DNA of 64,000 bases from Alphaproteobacteria bacterium (GTDB lineage Bacteria > Pseudomonadota > Alphaproteobacteria > CACIAM-22H2): NCBI GenBank assembly GCA_017308135.1, contig JAFKFM010000014.1, positions 65,507-129,506 of the forward strand. Reading direction: 5' to 3'. The position numbers and the translations under genes were made by a program. The notes beneath the pieces were generated by a model. The model searched no databases. It was not told the DNA's origin and was given only the letters and a program-made list of their open reading frames with translations. How positions within the stretch are numbered: the first letter of the stretch is position 1; each line of letters starts with the position of its first letter. Shown here piece by piece: positions 11,037 to 20,816 of the stretch.

Positions 11037-11159
11037 ATGGAGCATGTTGAGACCAATACGAGCACTTTGCGTCTCATTCTGGCCTGGAGCATTGCAGGCA
11101 TCCCGCTTCTCGCGGGCGTAACTCAAACGCTCATCAATGCCATGAAGCTGTTTCAATAG
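11037..11159 (+). CDS. 40-aa hydrophobic micro-protein (MEHVETNTSTLRLILAWSIAGIPLLAGVTQTLINAMKLFQ)
   Basis: AGGAG RBS 7 nt upstream of the ATG. Single predicted transmembrane helix. Absent from the ORF track (shorter than 60 aa). Lies 90 nt downstream of the MFS gene. Confidence 0.3.
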   Translation: MEHVETNTSTLRLILAWSIAGIPLLAGVTQTLINAMKLFQ

Positions 11160-11300
11160 GCCGGTTTCACGACGAAGGCTGCGCTCTGGGCCTTCCATGT
11201 CTTGGCTCGATCAAACTGGAGTTATGAGCCAGTACGATTGCATAAGGATGCCGGCCCGTGGGCCGGCATCTTGCTTTCCGATGACTTCTCAGCCGAAGGC

Positions 11301-12818
11301 TCAGCGCGCAGTCGGCATCGCGAATTCCGGACCATTCTCGGTGCTTTCCGGCCATCGCTGCATGATCGATTTCTGTCGGGTGTAGAAGCGAACGCCTTCG
11401 GTGCCATAGGCATGGGTGTCGCCGAACAGGCTGCGCTTCCATCCGCCGAACCCATGCCAGGCCATCGGCACCGGGATCGGGACGTTGATGCCGACCATTC
11501 CGACCTTAATGCGGCGCCCGAATTCGCGCGCGATATTGCCGTCGCGCGTATAGCAGGACACGCCGTTTCCGAATTCGTGATCGTTGACGAGTTGCACAGC
11601 TTCCGCGAAATCCTTGGCCCGGACGCACGACAGAACGGGGCCGAAGATTTCCTCTTTGTAGATGCGCATGTCGCGCGTGACATTGTCGAACAGTGTACCG
11701 CCGGTAAAATAGCCATTCTCATGGCCCGCGACCTTGAGGTTGCGGCCGTCGACGACCAGCGTGGCGCCTTCCTTGACGCCAAGATCGATGTAACCTTCGA
11801 CGCGTTCGAGCGCTTCGCGTGTCACGATCGGGCCCATTTCGGCATCCGGATCCATGCCATTCTTGATTCTGAGCGCCTTGGCGCGCTCTGCGAGCAAGGG
11901 CACGATCCTGTCGCCGACATCGCCGACCAGGACCGCGACGCTGATCGCCATGCAGCGTTCACCAGCCGATCCATAGCCTGCGCCGATCAGCGCATCGACA
12001 GCCTGATTGAGGTCCGCGTCCGGCATGACCACCAGATGGTTCTTGGCTCCGCCGAGCGCCTGAACGCGTTTGCCATGCGCCGAACACTGCTGATGGACAT
12101 AATGTGCGATCGGCGTCGACCCGACGAAGGAGACCGCGGCGACGTCGGGATGCTGGATCAAGGCGTCGACAACATCCCTGCCGCCCTGAACGACGTTGAA
12201 GACGCCGTCGGGCAATCCGGCCTCGCGCAACAGTTCGGCCATAAAGATTGATGGGGAGGGATCGCGCTCGCTTGGCTTCAGGATGAAGGTGTTGCCGGCC
12301 GCGATCGCGACCGGGAACATCCAGCACGGCACCATGACGGGAAAATTGAACGGGGTTATGCCGGCCACCACGCCGAGAGGCTGGCGCATGGTCCAGTTAT
12401 CGATGCCGGTGCTGACTTGGTCGGTATGATCGCCTTTCAGAAGATGCGGGATACCGCATGCGAATTCGATGATGTCGATGCCGCGCGCAACTTCGCCGCG
12501 GGCATCCGAAAAGACCTTGCCGTGTTCCGCGGTGATCATCGCAGCCAGCGTGTCGGTGTGCTCATTCATCAATTGCAGGAACTTGTTCAGCACGCGGGCG
12601 CGGCGGATCGGCGGCATGTCCGCCCATGCCGGAAATGCGCGGTTCGCGCTTTCAACGGCGGCCTGAACCTCAGCGGGAGTGGCGAGGGCGAGCTGGCGGG
12701 ACACCGCGCCGGTGGCGGGGTTGTAAATCGGCTGGCGCTTGCCGTCGGCGGTGGCAGTTCGCTTGCCGTGAATATAGTGGCCGACGTCGTCTTTCGCTGT
12801 GAACGGTGCGGTGGTCAT
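11301..12818 (-). CDS. mmsA: CoA-acylating methylmalonate-semialdehyde dehydrogenase
   Basis: ALDH superfamily with catalytic Cys (GERCMAISV). The 505-aa length and N-terminal region are typical of MmsA. Confidence 0.85.
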   Translation of the reverse strand: MTTAPFTAKDDVGHYIHGKRTATADGKRQPIYNPATGAVSRQLALATPAEVQAAVESANRAFPAWADMPPIRRARVLNKFLQLMNEHTDTLAAMITAEHGKVFSDARGEVARGIDIIEFACGIPHLLKGDHTDQVSTGIDNWTMRQPLGVVAGITPFNFPVMVPCWMFPVAIAAGNTFILKPSERDPSPSIFMAELLREAGLPDGVFNVVQGGRDVVDALIQHPDVAAVSFVGSTPIAHYVHQQCSAHGKRVQALGGAKNHLVVMPDADLNQAVDALIGAGYGSAGERCMAISVAVLVGDVGDRIVPLLAERAKALRIKNGMDPDAEMGPIVTREALERVEGYIDLGVKEGATLVVDGRNLKVAGHENGYFTGGTLFDNVTRDMRIYKEEIFGPVLSCVRAKDFAEAVQLVNDHEFGNGVSCYTRDGNIAREFGRRIKVGMVGINVPIPVPMAWHGFGGWKRSLFGDTHAYGTEGVRFYTRQKSIMQRWPESTENGPEFAMPTAR

Positions 12819-12925
12819 TGTCAGTCTCCCGGAAATGTTTATCGGGAGCAGGATTAAGACGCCTTCGACGGGAGAAACAGGCGCATAAGTTGGACTTACT
12901 GTTCAGAATAGTGAACAATAGACGT

Positions 12926-13873
12926 ATGAAGACTAAGAAAATCGATGGCCTCTGGTCGCACGTTCACTGGCTCGGCATCCTGGCCGAGATGGGAAGTTTT
13001 ACGGCGGCCGCAGAGCGCCTCGGGGTCAGCAAGGCCGCGGTCAGCCTGCGCATCAACGAACTGGAGCATTCGGCGGGCGTGCCGCTGGTCCGTCGAACCA
13101 CGCGAACGGTGCGGCTGACGGAAGCCGGGCAGTTTCTCGTTGACGCGACGCGGTCGTCCTTCGCGGATATCGAGCGGCATTTCTCCGAGGTGAAGGATCT
13201 CGCGGGCGAGCCCCAGGGGTTGCTACGAATCACAGCGCCGGTCGCGCTGGGGCGGCAGCGGATCGTTCCATTGATCCCGGAGTTCATTCGGCTGCACGGG
13301 AGCGTGCGTGTCGAGCTTGAACTGTCGGATCATCTGGTTTCGCTTGCGAAGGAGGGATTCGATCTCGCCATTCGCCATGTGGCCACAGTGCCGGACACGC
13401 ATGTCGCGTGGCGGTTGTGTGCGACCACATCGATGCTGGTGGCCTCACGAAGCTATCTACGGCGCCGGGGCGCTCCAGAAGCCCCCGAGGATCTCATGCG
13501 TCACGACTGCATCCATTATCTGCGTGGAAGCACGACACCGACCTGGGCATTCGAGCGCGGGAAGGGCAAGGACGGCCGAGTCAATGTCGAAATTTCCGGG
13601 CCTTTCGCGGCCAACAATAGCGAAGCGTTACGCGAGGCCGCGCTTTCCGGCCTCGGCATCGCGCTGCTTCCCGACTTCAGTGCCGCGGATGATATCGCGG
13701 CGGGACGGCTGGTTCCGGTGCTGGACGATTGGCGCCCGGTGGGTGCCTTCGGCGATCAGTTGTTTGCGATCCGGCCTTATGCATCCCATGTTCCACGCGC
13801 CGTTCGCGCATTCGTTGAATTCCTGCGCAAGAAACTGAAGACGGGATTTACCGCTGCTGCATCTGCCCGCTGA
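12926..13873 (+). CDS. LysR-family transcriptional regulator, divergent from mmsA
   Basis: HTH: SFTAAAERLGVSKAAVSLRINELEHSAGVPLV. The ATG at 12926 is chosen over the upstream ORF extension. Confidence 0.85.
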   Translation: MKTKKIDGLWSHVHWLGILAEMGSFTAAAERLGVSKAAVSLRINELEHSAGVPLVRRTTRTVRLTEAGQFLVDATRSSFADIERHFSEVKDLAGEPQGLLRITAPVALGRQRIVPLIPEFIRLHGSVRVELELSDHLVSLAKEGFDLAIRHVATVPDTHVAWRLCATTSMLVASRSYLRRRGAPEAPEDLMRHDCIHYLRGSTTPTWAFERGKGKDGRVNVEISGPFAANNSEALREAALSGLGIALLPDFSAADDIAAGRLVPVLDDWRPVGAFGDQLFAIRPYASHVPRAVRAFVEFLRKKLKTGFTAAASAR

Positions 13874-13893
13874 TAATATTAGCGATAATCATC

Positions 13894-13913
13894 CTGCCTG
13901 CATTTACAGGCAG
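13894..13913. terminator. Hairpin CTGCCTG-cattta-CAGGCAG between convergent genes
   Basis: 7-bp inverted repeat 20 nt after the LysR stop. Confidence 0.3.
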
Positions 13914-13944
13914 ACATAGCTCATCGTTTAACTGCGCTAATCCA

Positions 13945-14757
13945 TTACGCAGCTTTGCGGCCGTGGTGACTATGGAGACGCAGCGATAGCTCGCGGCGGA
14001 TGTCGTTGAAATCCGAAGCAACAACATCGCGCGGACGAGGCAGCGAAATCTCCATCTCGCTATCGATGCGGCCGGGGCCGGGCGACATGACCACGATGCG
14101 ATCCGCCAGAAAGATCGCTTCTTCGATCGAATGGGTCACGAAGAGTACCGTTAATCCTGTGCGCTGCCAGATATCGAGCAGTTCATCCTGCAGGCGGTCG
14201 CGTGTCATCGCATCCAGCGCGCCGAACGGCTCGTCCATCAGCACCACTTCGGCATCGTTCGCCAGCACGCGGGCGATCGCGACGCGCTGCTTCATGCCGC
14301 CGGAGAGCTGGTGCGGATAGGCATCGGCGAATTTTTGCAATCCCACAAGCGAAATAAACCGCTCGACTGTGTCTCGTACCTCTGCAGTGCTGCGTCCGCG
14401 CGATTTCGGTCCGAACGCAATATTCCCGCGCACTGTCAGCCATGGAAACAGGCCATAGTCCTGAAACACCATCCCTCGCTGCGGGCCGGGACCAGGAATC
14501 GGTACATCCCACATCAGCGCATCGCCTCTGGTCGGGGTCTCGAAACCGGCGACGATACGCAGCAGAGTCGATTTTCCGCAACCCGAGGCGCCGATCAAGC
14601 AAACGAACTCGCCTTTGTTGATGCGCAGATTGGCGTCACGGAGCGCGTCGATCCGCTGGCCCTGCATTTCAAACTGCTTGCTGACATTGCGAATATCAAT
14701 AATCGGGATCGGAGCTTTAGACAAAATTTGGACTCCATCGCAGAAGAGATTTACCAA
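13945..14757 (-). CDS. ABC transporter ATP-binding protein, NitT/TauT (nitrate/sulfonate/bicarbonate) family
   Basis: Walker A GASGCGKSTLL, LSGGMKQRVAIARAL signature. The exact start is uncertain because it overlaps the permease 3' end. Confidence 0.8.
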   Translation of the reverse strand: MVNLFCDGVQILSKAPIPIIDIRNVSKQFEMQGQRIDALRDANLRINKGEFVCLIGASGCGKSTLLRIVAGFETPTRGDALMWDVPIPGPGPQRGMVFQDYGLFPWLTVRGNIAFGPKSRGRSTAEVRDTVERFISLVGLQKFADAYPHQLSGGMKQRVAIARVLANDAEVVLMDEPFGALDAMTRDRLQDELLDIWQRTGLTVLFVTHSIEEAIFLADRIVVMSPGPGRIDSEMEISLPRPRDVVASDFNDIRRELSLRLHSHHGRKAA

Positions 14758-15580
14758 GCCACATCACCATGCGGTCGGACAGGAATCCGGCCACGCCGAT
14801 AATGATCATTCCGGAAATGATGATCTCGGTGCGCGACAACTGGCGGGCTTCCATGATGATCGCGCCAAGACCTGTTTGAACACCGGTCATTTCGCCGACC
14901 ACAATCACCACCCAAGCAAATCCAAGACCGAGGCGAAGGCCTGTGAAAATCGCCGGAAGACTTGCCGGCAAAACGACTCGAAAAAACTGCGCGGGTCCCT
15001 GGCAGCCGAGCATGCTCGCGGCTTCGAAAAGTCGCGGATCGACGGAGCGGACGCCGAATATCGTGTTCACCAGAATGGGATAGAACGCGCCAAGGCACAC
15101 CAGAAAGAATGCCGAGCGCGGGCCAAGCCCGAACATGATCATCGACAGCGGCAGCCATGCCGTCACCGGAACGGGCCTCATGATCTGCAAAGTTGGATCG
15201 AGCAGACTGCGGATAAGCGGAATTCGCCCGATCATCAGCCCGAGCGGCACTGCAGCAATCGCGGCGATGGCGAAGCCGCCATAGACTCGGCTGACAGATG
15301 CCAGGAGGTGAGTCATCAACGACTGGCTGTAGGCATCGTCGTTGATCCCGCCAAAGGCGAGATCGTAAAGTGACAGTGCAACGTCGGTGGGCGAAGGAAT
15401 CAGGCTGTATTTCCGACCGTAAGTCAGAAGATGCCAGATGATCAGCATTGCAATAGGGAACAGGATTGCGAGGACTAGGCCTCGCAATTTTGTCCAGATC
15501 GGCGCGATCCGTGATGGCGATCGCTCCACCTCGGTTCGCGACGGCGTAATATTGGACACGGTGTCGAGCGACGAACTCAA
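14717..15580 (-). CDS. ABC transporter permease, NitT/TauT family
   Basis: Six transmembrane segments and an EAA-like loop. ATGA coupling to the upstream substrate-binding protein gene. Confidence 0.8.
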   Translation of the reverse strand: MSSSLDTVSNITPSRTEVERSPSRIAPIWTKLRGLVLAILFPIAMLIIWHLLTYGRKYSLIPSPTDVALSLYDLAFGGINDDAYSQSLMTHLLASVSRVYGGFAIAAIAAVPLGLMIGRIPLIRSLLDPTLQIMRPVPVTAWLPLSMIMFGLGPRSAFFLVCLGAFYPILVNTIFGVRSVDPRLFEAASMLGCQGPAQFFRVVLPASLPAIFTGLRLGLGFAWVVIVVGEMTGVQTGLGAIIMEARQLSRTEIIISGMIIIGVAGFLSDRMVMWLGKSLLRWSPNFV

Positions 15581-16530
15581 GCCTGCTTCTCCATCTTCTT
15601 GACAAAGCTGGTGTCGAAGAATGTTGCGAAGTCGGGCAGTCGCTTGATCTGTTTCAGGGAAAGCATGTGTTCCGCATAGGTCTCGGACTGAGCGACTTCC
15701 TTGTCGCCGAACTTCCAGGTCAGCTCGACATTCGGGACGGATTTATCGATGGCCTCGCGCTTCTGGCCGAGCTTTGCCGTTGCCATCGCGGCCATCTCAC
15801 CCGGGTTCTTCATCGCGAACTCCGAAGCTTTACGATGGATGTCGAGAATGACGGTGGTGATCTTCGGATTGCTTGAAAGCGTATCGCGATGGGCGCCAAA
15901 CACCATATTCAGTGAGCCCATAGCCGTGCTGTAGGGATATTCGACGATTTTGCCGATCCCGCTCGCGAGGCTGACACCGGGGCCGGGTTCCGCGCCGACA
16001 TAGGCGTCGACGTCGCCGCGCGCCAGCGCGAGATGCATTTCGCTGAACGATACACGGATCGGCGTGATGTCTTTGATCGACAGGCCTTCCATCCGCAATC
16101 GTTCGAGAATGAAGACCTCTTGCGTGGAGCCGGGCCAGATCGCGACTTTCTTGCCCTTCAGGTCCTTGATTGTGTTGATGCTAGAGTCATTTGCGCCTGC
16201 GACCACCGCCATGCCGCGATTGCAGGCACTGGCGATCACCGTGATCGGCTCGCCCGCTGCCGCGCCCAGCGTCGCGGCGGCGATGCCGAACATGCCGAAA
16301 TCGACGCTCTTGGTCACAACGGCATTTTTGCCTTCAGTCGGACTCTCGAACGGGATGACGTCGACGCGATATCCGGCGGGCGTGAATTTGTCGTAGAAAT
16401 AAGGCGCGATCGAATGGATCAGCTTGAGCGCGCCCATCTTGATAACGACAGGTTCTTCAGCACGAAGAATCGAAGGGGCCGCGATGGTTGCGATACCTGC
16501 GCCAATCAGAAAATCACGACGACGAATCAT
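15577..16530 (-). CDS. ABC transporter substrate-binding protein, NitT/TauT (SsuA/TauA-like) family, with signal peptide
   Basis: MIRRRDFLIGAGIATIAAPSILRA signal peptide. Type-II periplasmic binding fold. Confidence 0.8.
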   Translation of the reverse strand: MIRRRDFLIGAGIATIAAPSILRAEEPVVIKMGALKLIHSIAPYFYDKFTPAGYRVDVIPFESPTEGKNAVVTKSVDFGMFGIAAATLGAAAGEPITVIASACNRGMAVVAGANDSSINTIKDLKGKKVAIWPGSTQEVFILERLRMEGLSIKDITPIRVSFSEMHLALARGDVDAYVGAEPGPGVSLASGIGKIVEYPYSTAMGSLNMVFGAHRDTLSSNPKITTVILDIHRKASEFAMKNPGEMAAMATAKLGQKREAIDKSVPNVELTWKFGDKEVAQSETYAEHMLSLKQIKRLPDFATFFDTSFVKKMEKQA

Positions 16531-16631
16531 GCTCGGTGCTCCTTGCTGGATAGAAATCAGTTGGTTCGCCGCTTGAGATGGCGGCAGTCAGATACTGACG
16601 AAGCAAGAGCGATGCCAAGATCATCACCGTC

Positions 16632-18428
16632 TCAAGCTCCTGCTGATGCGACATAGGGCCGCCACCCACCAAATTCGGAAATGTCGCGCGCTCCATTGAT
16701 CGCTGCGGCTTCGACGAGAAAGCCTTTTTCGATGCGTCCGTCGGCAAGGCGAACTGTTCCGATGCTCATCGGCGGCGGCACAGTGGCGACGAAGCGCCCG
16801 AATGCCTCGAAGCTCAGCGACCAGATTTCAGCTTCAATCGAGGTACCTTCGTTGTCGCTGACGCGAAGCAAACCCGGCTTGTTAACGGTGCCGGGAAGAG
16901 CAAACAGACGATAATCCGGAGAGGTGATACAACGCTCCATCAAGTTCGCGCCCAAAATGCGCAACTCGTTGTTGAGAGGCATGCCGGACATGTGCGCGCC
17001 AACGACCACAAGCGCGACTTTGTCGGGATGCGACGCGTTGAGACCAAGATTCGTGTTTGCCTGACGTTTGATCCCCAGCGCTCCGAGCGGCAAATCGGCC
17101 TGTCGATGCAACCTGTCAGCAAACCCGGCGATCGTCGCGTCTTGCCTGGCCGGCGCCAGCAGCGTCACCCCGAAAGGCGTTCCATTTGCCGCGATGCGAT
17201 TGGGTACGGCGATGGCGGCCAGATCGAGCAGATTGGCGAAGTTGGTGTAGGTGCCGAGATTGCTGTTGAGGGCGATGGGATCGGCGTCGAGCTGCGCGAC
17301 CGTGTAGACAGCCGGTACGGTCGGCACCATCAGCATGTCGATGGTCTTCAGGATGCCGATAGCCTGCGTGCGCAATTCTGCGAGCCGATAGAATGCACGG
17401 AACGTATCGACGGCAGATGGGGTCTTTCCCGCCATGATGATATTGCGGGTGATTGGATGAATATCGGGGAGATGAGCTTCAATAAAAGCGCCGACCGCCG
17501 CGTAGCGTTCGGCGATCCAAGGCCCTTCGTAGAGAAGACGCGCTGTTTCCAGAAACGGGGTGAAATCGACCTCGATCACCTCTGCATTCAACTGGGCAAG
17601 ATTTTCAATCGCAGACGAAAATGAAGCTTCGGCTTGAGCATCTCCGAAGAAATGGAGATCCTGCAGCCGCGGGACGCCAATTTTGACGTGAGGATTTGAC
17701 GGAAGCAGCTCACCCGGCGGAATGGATCGCGAGAACGGATCCGATGGATCATGAGCGGCCATGACTTGCAGTGCGGCAAAGGCATCGTCGACAGTGAGCG
17801 CGAAGACGGACACGCAATCGAGCGAGCGACAGGCCGGGACGACGCCTGTGGTCGAGAGCATCCCGCGCGATGGCTTGAGGCCAACGATATTGTTCAGTCC
17901 GGCGGGGATGCGGCCTGAACCGGCAGTATCAGTGCCGAGAGCCAGCGGCACCAGGCCTGCTGCCACGGCGACGGCGGAGCCGGAGCTTGAGCCGCCGGGC
18001 ACGAGGTCCGGATTCAGGGGATTGCGCGGAATGCCGTAAGGCGAGCGCGTACCGACGAGGCCGGTGGCGAATTGATCGAGATTTGTCTTCCCGACAATAA
18101 TCGCGCCGGCTTTGCGCAACCCTCCGACAACAGTCGCATCATGCTGCGGCATATAGGTGAAGGAAGGGCAGGCCGCCGTGGTGGGCAGACCCGCGACGTC
18201 GATATTGTCCTTGATCGCAACAGGAATGCCGTAAAGCGGATAATCCTCAGGGTTCTTCGCGCCTAGTGCCCGCGCTTCGGCAAGCAGATCCGCTTCGTCA
18301 CGCAACGATATGAAGATAGCCGCATCGCCATGCGCGCGGATACGGGTGATCGTCCGCGCGATCGTCTGCTCGGGCGTAACGGTCCGTGCACGATGCGATG
18401 CAAGGATCGAGGCGACAGTTTCGGGCAC
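16632..18428 (-). CDS. Allophanate hydrolase-like amidase (amidase-signature domain plus AtzF-type C-terminal domain)
   Basis: Amidase signature KDNIDVAGLPTTAACP...GGSSSGSAVAVA. The 598-aa length and the C-terminal ~120-aa domain are typical of allophanate hydrolases. Confidence 0.75.
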   Translation of the reverse strand: MPETVASILASHRARTVTPEQTIARTITRIRAHGDAAIFISLRDEADLLAEARALGAKNPEDYPLYGIPVAIKDNIDVAGLPTTAACPSFTYMPQHDATVVGGLRKAGAIIVGKTNLDQFATGLVGTRSPYGIPRNPLNPDLVPGGSSSGSAVAVAAGLVPLALGTDTAGSGRIPAGLNNIVGLKPSRGMLSTTGVVPACRSLDCVSVFALTVDDAFAALQVMAAHDPSDPFSRSIPPGELLPSNPHVKIGVPRLQDLHFFGDAQAEASFSSAIENLAQLNAEVIEVDFTPFLETARLLYEGPWIAERYAAVGAFIEAHLPDIHPITRNIIMAGKTPSAVDTFRAFYRLAELRTQAIGILKTIDMLMVPTVPAVYTVAQLDADPIALNSNLGTYTNFANLLDLAAIAVPNRIAANGTPFGVTLLAPARQDATIAGFADRLHRQADLPLGALGIKRQANTNLGLNASHPDKVALVVVGAHMSGMPLNNELRILGANLMERCITSPDYRLFALPGTVNKPGLLRVSDNEGTSIEAEIWSLSFEAFGRFVATVPPPMSIGTVRLADGRIEKGFLVEAAAINGARDISEFGGWRPYVASAGA

Positions 18429-18824
18429 TTGTTATTCCTGCATCGGTTGCGCGAAATGCGCGTCTCCATGCAAGGATCATGCAATGAGTGTTCCAGTTTT
18501 CCGACGTGCGGATTGTGTGAGATCTTTAAGCAATGACGAATGATGCAATCAGATAGCAGCTTAGATAAAGGCGTTGATGCCTTGCCATGATTAAGCCAGT
18601 CGCGTCGCACGTATTGACGCAAACCATCAGATCGCGGTTAAGCGTATGATTTCGCCCGCGGAACCAGCTTGGTACTGGAATTTGTTCGGTTGCACATAAC
18701 GTAAGCAGTTCAGCGCATCGGAAATGAGCATCTGCTTCAGCCCATGTCGCCTGACCAAATGGAACGGCTGAGCATGCCCCTCCGAATCGATCCGAGAAGG
18801 CGGGTGAAACGGGACAGTCGCCAC

Positions 18825-18865
18825 TTGACGCCTTCTCACTTGGCATTATAGCTTTGCATCAAAGT
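18825..18865 (+). promoter_or_regulatory. Putative sigma70-type promoter (TTGACG-16-TATAGC) with overlapping dyad GCTTTG-cat-CAAAGT, upstream of the HpaB-like gene
   Basis: Read from the sequence. About 50 nt upstream of the ATG at 18916. Confidence 0.35.
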
Positions 18866-18915
18866 TAATTGAGTGGCCGCCATGCCGGTGAGCATTGCAG
18901 GAATTGGGGAGCATC

Positions 18916-20412
18916 ATGATCAAGAACGGCGAACAGCATATTGCCAGCCTGCGTGACGGCCGCGAGGTTTACCTCGATGGTGAACTGGTCAAGGACGTTA
19001 CCACCCATCCAGCCTATCGCGGAGCAGTCGCTTCAATCGGACGTATGTTCGACTTCCAGAGCGCGCCGGAAAATCGCGATCTCATGACGTTCGAGACTGA
19101 GACCGGAACCCGCGCCAACCGGATATGGGAATTGCCGGGCAGCTACGACGCGCTGGTCAAGCGCCGTAAGGGCCTTGAGGCATGGACCGAACTTCATGCG
19201 GGATTCATGGGCCGCGCGCCGGACCATGTCGCATCCTGCATCGCGGGAATGTTCATGGGGCTCGATGTGTTCGAGGCTTATAATCCCGAACGTGCAAAGG
19301 CTCTTGCTGACTATTATCGCCATGCGCGCGACAACGATCTCTATCTGACTTACGTCATCATCAATCCGCAGGCTGACCGCTCCAAGAGTGCGGCCCAGCA
19401 GGCTGATCCGTTCCTGTCGGCGGGCGTTGTTTCGCGTGAGGCAGATGGTCTGATCATCCGCGGGGCCAAGATGCTGGCCACCGGCGGAATCATGGCCAAC
19501 GAAGTTTTCGTCACCTGCATTCAACCGCTGCAGCCCGGCGACGAGAAGTACGCGGTGTCCTTCGCCATTCCGATGAATACCAAGGGTCTGAAGATCCTGT
19601 CGCGCAAATCCTATGAAGCCGGCGCGAATTCGGTATTCGATAGCCCGCTCTCCAGCCGCTTCGACGAAAACGACGCGGTGCTCTATTTCGATGACGTGAA
19701 GGTGCCGTGGGATCGCGTGTTCATCGATCAGGACATCGCGATGTGCCAGAAGCAGTTCCATGCGACGCCGGCGCATGTATATCAGAACTATCAGGCAATG
19801 ATCCGGCTGACGGTCAAGCTGCGCTTTCTTACCGGTGTCGCGCATCGCACTGCCGAGATCAATGGCATCGTCGGCTTCCCGCAGGTTCGGGAAATGCTCG
19901 GTCAGCTTGCCGCCGAAGTCTCGATGGTGGAAGCTTTCGTGCTCGGCATGGAAGCCAAGGGCACGCAGCGCGGTCAATACTTCACGCCAGACCGGGCGCT
20001 CCTGTACGGAGCACAGGTGCTGACCCAGCAGCTCTATGCAAAGGTCATCAACACACTGCGCGAACTCGCCGGCGGCGGCATGATCATGCTGCCTTCCTCG
20101 GTGAAGGATTTCGCAAATCCCGAACTGGCGGCGTTGATCGGAAAGACTCAGCAGTCGCCGGCGGCGAATGCCGTCGACAAGGTGAAGTTCTACAAGCTTG
20201 CCTGGGATGCGGTGGGGTCCGAGTTTGCATCGCGGCATTCGCAATACGAAATGTTCTTTGCCGGCGCGACCTTCGTCACCAAGGGCCATGCGTTCCGCAC
20301 CTTCGATTGGGCGCAGTCGACTGCATTGCTCGACAAGATGCTGTCCAGCTACGATCTGGCGGATGAACTCACAACCGGTGGAAAATCTCCGGCGTCCCGC
20401 GCGGTCGCTTGA
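18916..20412 (+). CDS. 4-hydroxyphenylacetate 3-monooxygenase (HpaB) family flavin-dependent monooxygenase, oxygenase component
   Basis: N-terminal LRDGREVYLDGELVKDVTTHPAYRGAVASIGRMFDF matches the HpaB family. 499 aa. GGGGAG RBS. Confidence 0.85.
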   Translation: MIKNGEQHIASLRDGREVYLDGELVKDVTTHPAYRGAVASIGRMFDFQSAPENRDLMTFETETGTRANRIWELPGSYDALVKRRKGLEAWTELHAGFMGRAPDHVASCIAGMFMGLDVFEAYNPERAKALADYYRHARDNDLYLTYVIINPQADRSKSAAQQADPFLSAGVVSREADGLIIRGAKMLATGGIMANEVFVTCIQPLQPGDEKYAVSFAIPMNTKGLKILSRKSYEAGANSVFDSPLSSRFDENDAVLYFDDVKVPWDRVFIDQDIAMCQKQFHATPAHVYQNYQAMIRLTVKLRFLTGVAHRTAEINGIVGFPQVREMLGQLAAEVSMVEAFVLGMEAKGTQRGQYFTPDRALLYGAQVLTQQLYAKVINTLRELAGGGMIMLPSSVKDFANPELAALIGKTQQSPAANAVDKVKFYKLAWDAVGSEFASRHSQYEMFFAGATFVTKGHAFRTFDWAQSTALLDKMLSSYDLADELTTGGKSPASRAVA

Positions 20413-20816
20413 TCGGATAGACCGAAGGTCGGCCATTATCGCCGACACCCTTCACGATGGATTGCGCGCTGTCGATCCGTCGTGATGTTGCGTGCTGAGG
20501 CTATATTTCTCGGCGTTCGGTAAGCGGAGCTTAGCCAAGATATCGAGCAGCCAGATGGTGCGGCGGATGATGATCCGCTGCGGCAGACGTTTACACAGCC
20601 GAACCATTCGTCCATGAATATAAAGGTGCATCTGTTCACCGCCGATGTCGTCATCGCCGGTTCAGATGCGGGGAGGGGTCGGCTGACCGAATGCCTACGA
20701 AGCTACTTGCCATGCGGCAAATGCGGCCCATGGGGCCTGCACGGGAAGCCATGTGTTGACGGAGGCGCGCCATTTCGATCCAAGCTGAAACCGAGCCGCG
20801 GCGACTGATCGTCGGC

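Noticed and set aside
11202-12251. 349-aa plus-strand ORF antisense to mmsA
   Set aside because: mmsA has unambiguous ALDH motifs. The antisense ORF has none.
14751-15605. 284-aa minus-strand ORF in another frame of the ABC permease gene
   Set aside because: The chosen frame (14717-15580) gives a hydrophobic permease. The alternative frame is Arg/Ser-rich and non-membrane.
19033-20448. 471-aa ORF antisense to the HpaB-like gene
   Set aside because: Antisense to a gene with a strong family signature. Composition artefact.
20436-20808. Small ORFs (72 aa minus strand; 64 aa plus strand, MNIKVHLF…) in the 400-bp gap before the UbiX-like gene
   Set aside because: No RBS, no recognisable domain, atypical composition. 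More likely a non-coding leader or remnant sequence. The region matters mainly for the UbiX start-codon question.
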